From NCBI RefSeq assembly GCF_001194135.2, contig NC_068988.1, positions 5,330,173 through 5,393,573 of the forward strand: 63,401 bases of DNA, read 5' to 3'. The first letter of the stretch is position 1; each line of letters begins with the position of its first letter. The DNA comes from Octopus bimaculoides. Taxonomy: Eukaryota. Under the pieces are notes generated by a model. The model made no database searches and was not told the origin of the DNA. It saw nothing but the letters and a program-made list of their open reading frames with translations. The translations under genes were made by a program, and so were the position numbers. Positions 61,071 to 63,401 of the stretch are shown in pieces.

Positions 61071-63401
61071 GTGAGTAAACATTTGAAAAGAATACAGAAT
61101 TGTTGAAAGTTTTTATTGATTAAAGAAATTCCTGTTTCATGTTTTGGAAATTGTACTTGTTTGGCAAGTGACTGACTTGATATCAAGTGTTGAAGACGAA
61201 AGAGTTATATTGTGGAATAGTTGGTCAATTAATGCATACACTCATGTAATTATATTCCCCTTTAAATCTATCACAGCAGTAATTTATTCTAGCTATCTTT
61301 GAACTGAGTCCTTTGATGTGTCTAAGTTTATTCCAGTTCCATTATCATTGGATGATTGTAGTTCCTTTTTTTCTAGTCTTCCATGGAAAACACATCCAGC
61401 CATAGCAAGACATTATTTGACTTAAAAAAACAGATGAGTGTTGGTGACATAAAGGGCATCTGGTTACAGAAAACAGGCCTCAACAATTTTTGTCTGACCT
61501 ATGCAAGAATAGACAAATGGATGTTAAAACAACCAATCCCTTTAGTAAATCAGCAAGCAGGACAGTGGTTAAGAAGCTCACTTTGCTATCACGAGGTTTC
61601 AGGTTCTGTTCCACTCTGTGGTACCTTGAGCAAGTGTATTCTATAGTCCCCACCCTATCACCAAACCACTTCCATCTCTTATCATCCCTTTCTCAAAATA
61701 TTTCCATCGGTCACCTATTTTCTGTGCCTTCAACCATTGATCTCCCCACCCCATTACATCTTAACACTTCTCTTATATCTGCTGTTATACCCCATTTACC
61801 AAAGCTCCTCTGCTTTATGTACTTCTCTCTCTCTACTCCTACACCTTGCACATCATTCTCTTACTCTATGAATTATTTTCCTTCTTCAGTCACTCCTTTC
61901 TTTCTCACCTCATCTCCTCTCCATACAGTTTTTCCCCATAAACCTCACCTCTATCCCAATCTCTAACCCTCAGGTATTTCTCTTATGAAACTCTCACCCC
62001 TGTGATCCACTTTCCTTATATCTTGAGATACTCTGGCATCCTATCACTACCCTGTCTATCTTCTTTCTCAATTACCCCCACCCTTATATAATATGGAGTA
62101 GCCTAACCAAGAATATAGCATCTGTTGTGCTTTCATCTAGCACAAATCTGAACTACATCTCATCTACACTAACTCTCTTCCTAATTAATTAGGCTATGAC
62201 CCTTTCTGTGAGGTCCAGCAATTTGATGCCTCTAATTATTTCCGTCTAAGGCATCACTTTTGCCTTTGTAGCAGTTGACTATAATGCTGCTACATCAATC
62301 GTTGTGTATGACCCCTTTGTGGACAACCAAATTAACATGGGTGACTAGGCCATATCCAACTCCACCAGATATTTTAAACATCTCCCAAGAACTTTCCCTG
62401 TCTTCATATCCTTAACTGCTTTTTCTTCCAAACTACTGTCACTTCAGATAGCTGCTCCCTCAGTTGGGTCTACATTAGGCAGACTCTAACTTCTCCCATG
62501 CATTCTCTACATTTAACAGCCTTTCATAATGACATTTACAAGCCCCTTTCTTTGCAGAATCATTAACTGCAAGTGAACCAACGTCTATACAGACACACTT
62601 CTCTCCTATGACATCTCTATTTTCTCTCACTTTTCTTTGCCTTGATGATGATATATATATATCCTAATGTTAAAGATGTTATCACCTCCATCTGCTGCTG
62701 AGAGAAGTAGAAATATGTAAGACTTAGAAAATAATTATCAAATAATTCTTTGTGACAGAAGCAAGTATTAATATCAAAAGGTAATATTTATCCCCATTTA
62801 AAAGTGGATGTTGTATAGAACACACAATACTACAATAGTTACCATGAGAAAATCTCTCATATGCACTTTTGCTACATATAAGCATTCTTGTTTGCATTGT
62901 TAGCAGGAGATAAACCACTTGCCACTGCTGAGACCACTTGGTTTTGGCCTTCTCTGATCTTGTCAAGGATAGATGCTCAACCGCTGGAGTGGTATCTTTG
63001 GGTCTCTTTATATTCATTCAGTATTTTTTCCCTTCACAAACCAAAATTATGAAATCTCAAATTGCAGTGAAGGAATATAGCCACTGAGAGAAAATATAAT
63101 CCATGTAACCATCTTACTTCCTCACATCCAGTGAAATCCAGATACTAAAAAAAAAAAAGAAGATCTAACAATATCTGTTATGTCTAAGATGGAAAAGATG
63201 TTGAATTGCTGCTAAGGAGTTGGATGATAATGGTTGGCAGTCTTGGGTTTTTAAACAAAGCGTTTTGTGTGAACTTTCTTCTGAAATATGTAATCCATCA
63301 TTTGTTTAACATTTATCATTTTAAGGATTGAAAAGTGAACAGTTCAGCACAACAACCAGGTTGTGTTACTCTTTTAAGGCATTTTGAGAACATTTCATTA
63401 T

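Noticed and set aside
62724-63017. 97-aa minus-strand ORF inside ATP6V1E1 intron 2
   Set aside because: No recognisable domain or splice context, and the length is compatible with chance.

Overview
AT-rich eukaryotic genomic scaffold with many N gaps and microsatellites. The repeat repertoire and gene style suggest an octopod cephalopod, probably Octopus (inference, not database-checked). Bases 1-~19 kb are a field of decayed transposons: Ty3/gypsy pol, five R4/Dong-like RLE LINE fragments, Penelope RT, an RTE LINE, a mariner end and tRNA-derived SINEs. A complete 19-exon INTS6 (Integrator subunit 6) CDS runs from 20279 to 45299 on +. All 18 introns are GT-AG, and the exons sum to 2613 nt (870 aa plus stop). 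A TIR-bounded Tc1-like element with D-36-E spacing follows at 45693-46929. The first two coding exons of ATP6V1E1 (V-ATPase subunit E) are at 52853-52885 and 61005-61070, and that gene continues past the window. The best candidates for something undescribed are a CpG-rich, multi-hairpin, promoter-motif-dense island at ~50.1-50.35 kb, a 58-bp-arm foldback with a telomere-like loop in ATP6V1E1 intron 1, and the DD36E transposon. No prokaryotic features, CRISPR arrays, rRNA or intact tRNA were found. I found no unambiguous novel multi-gene system; the findings are leads.
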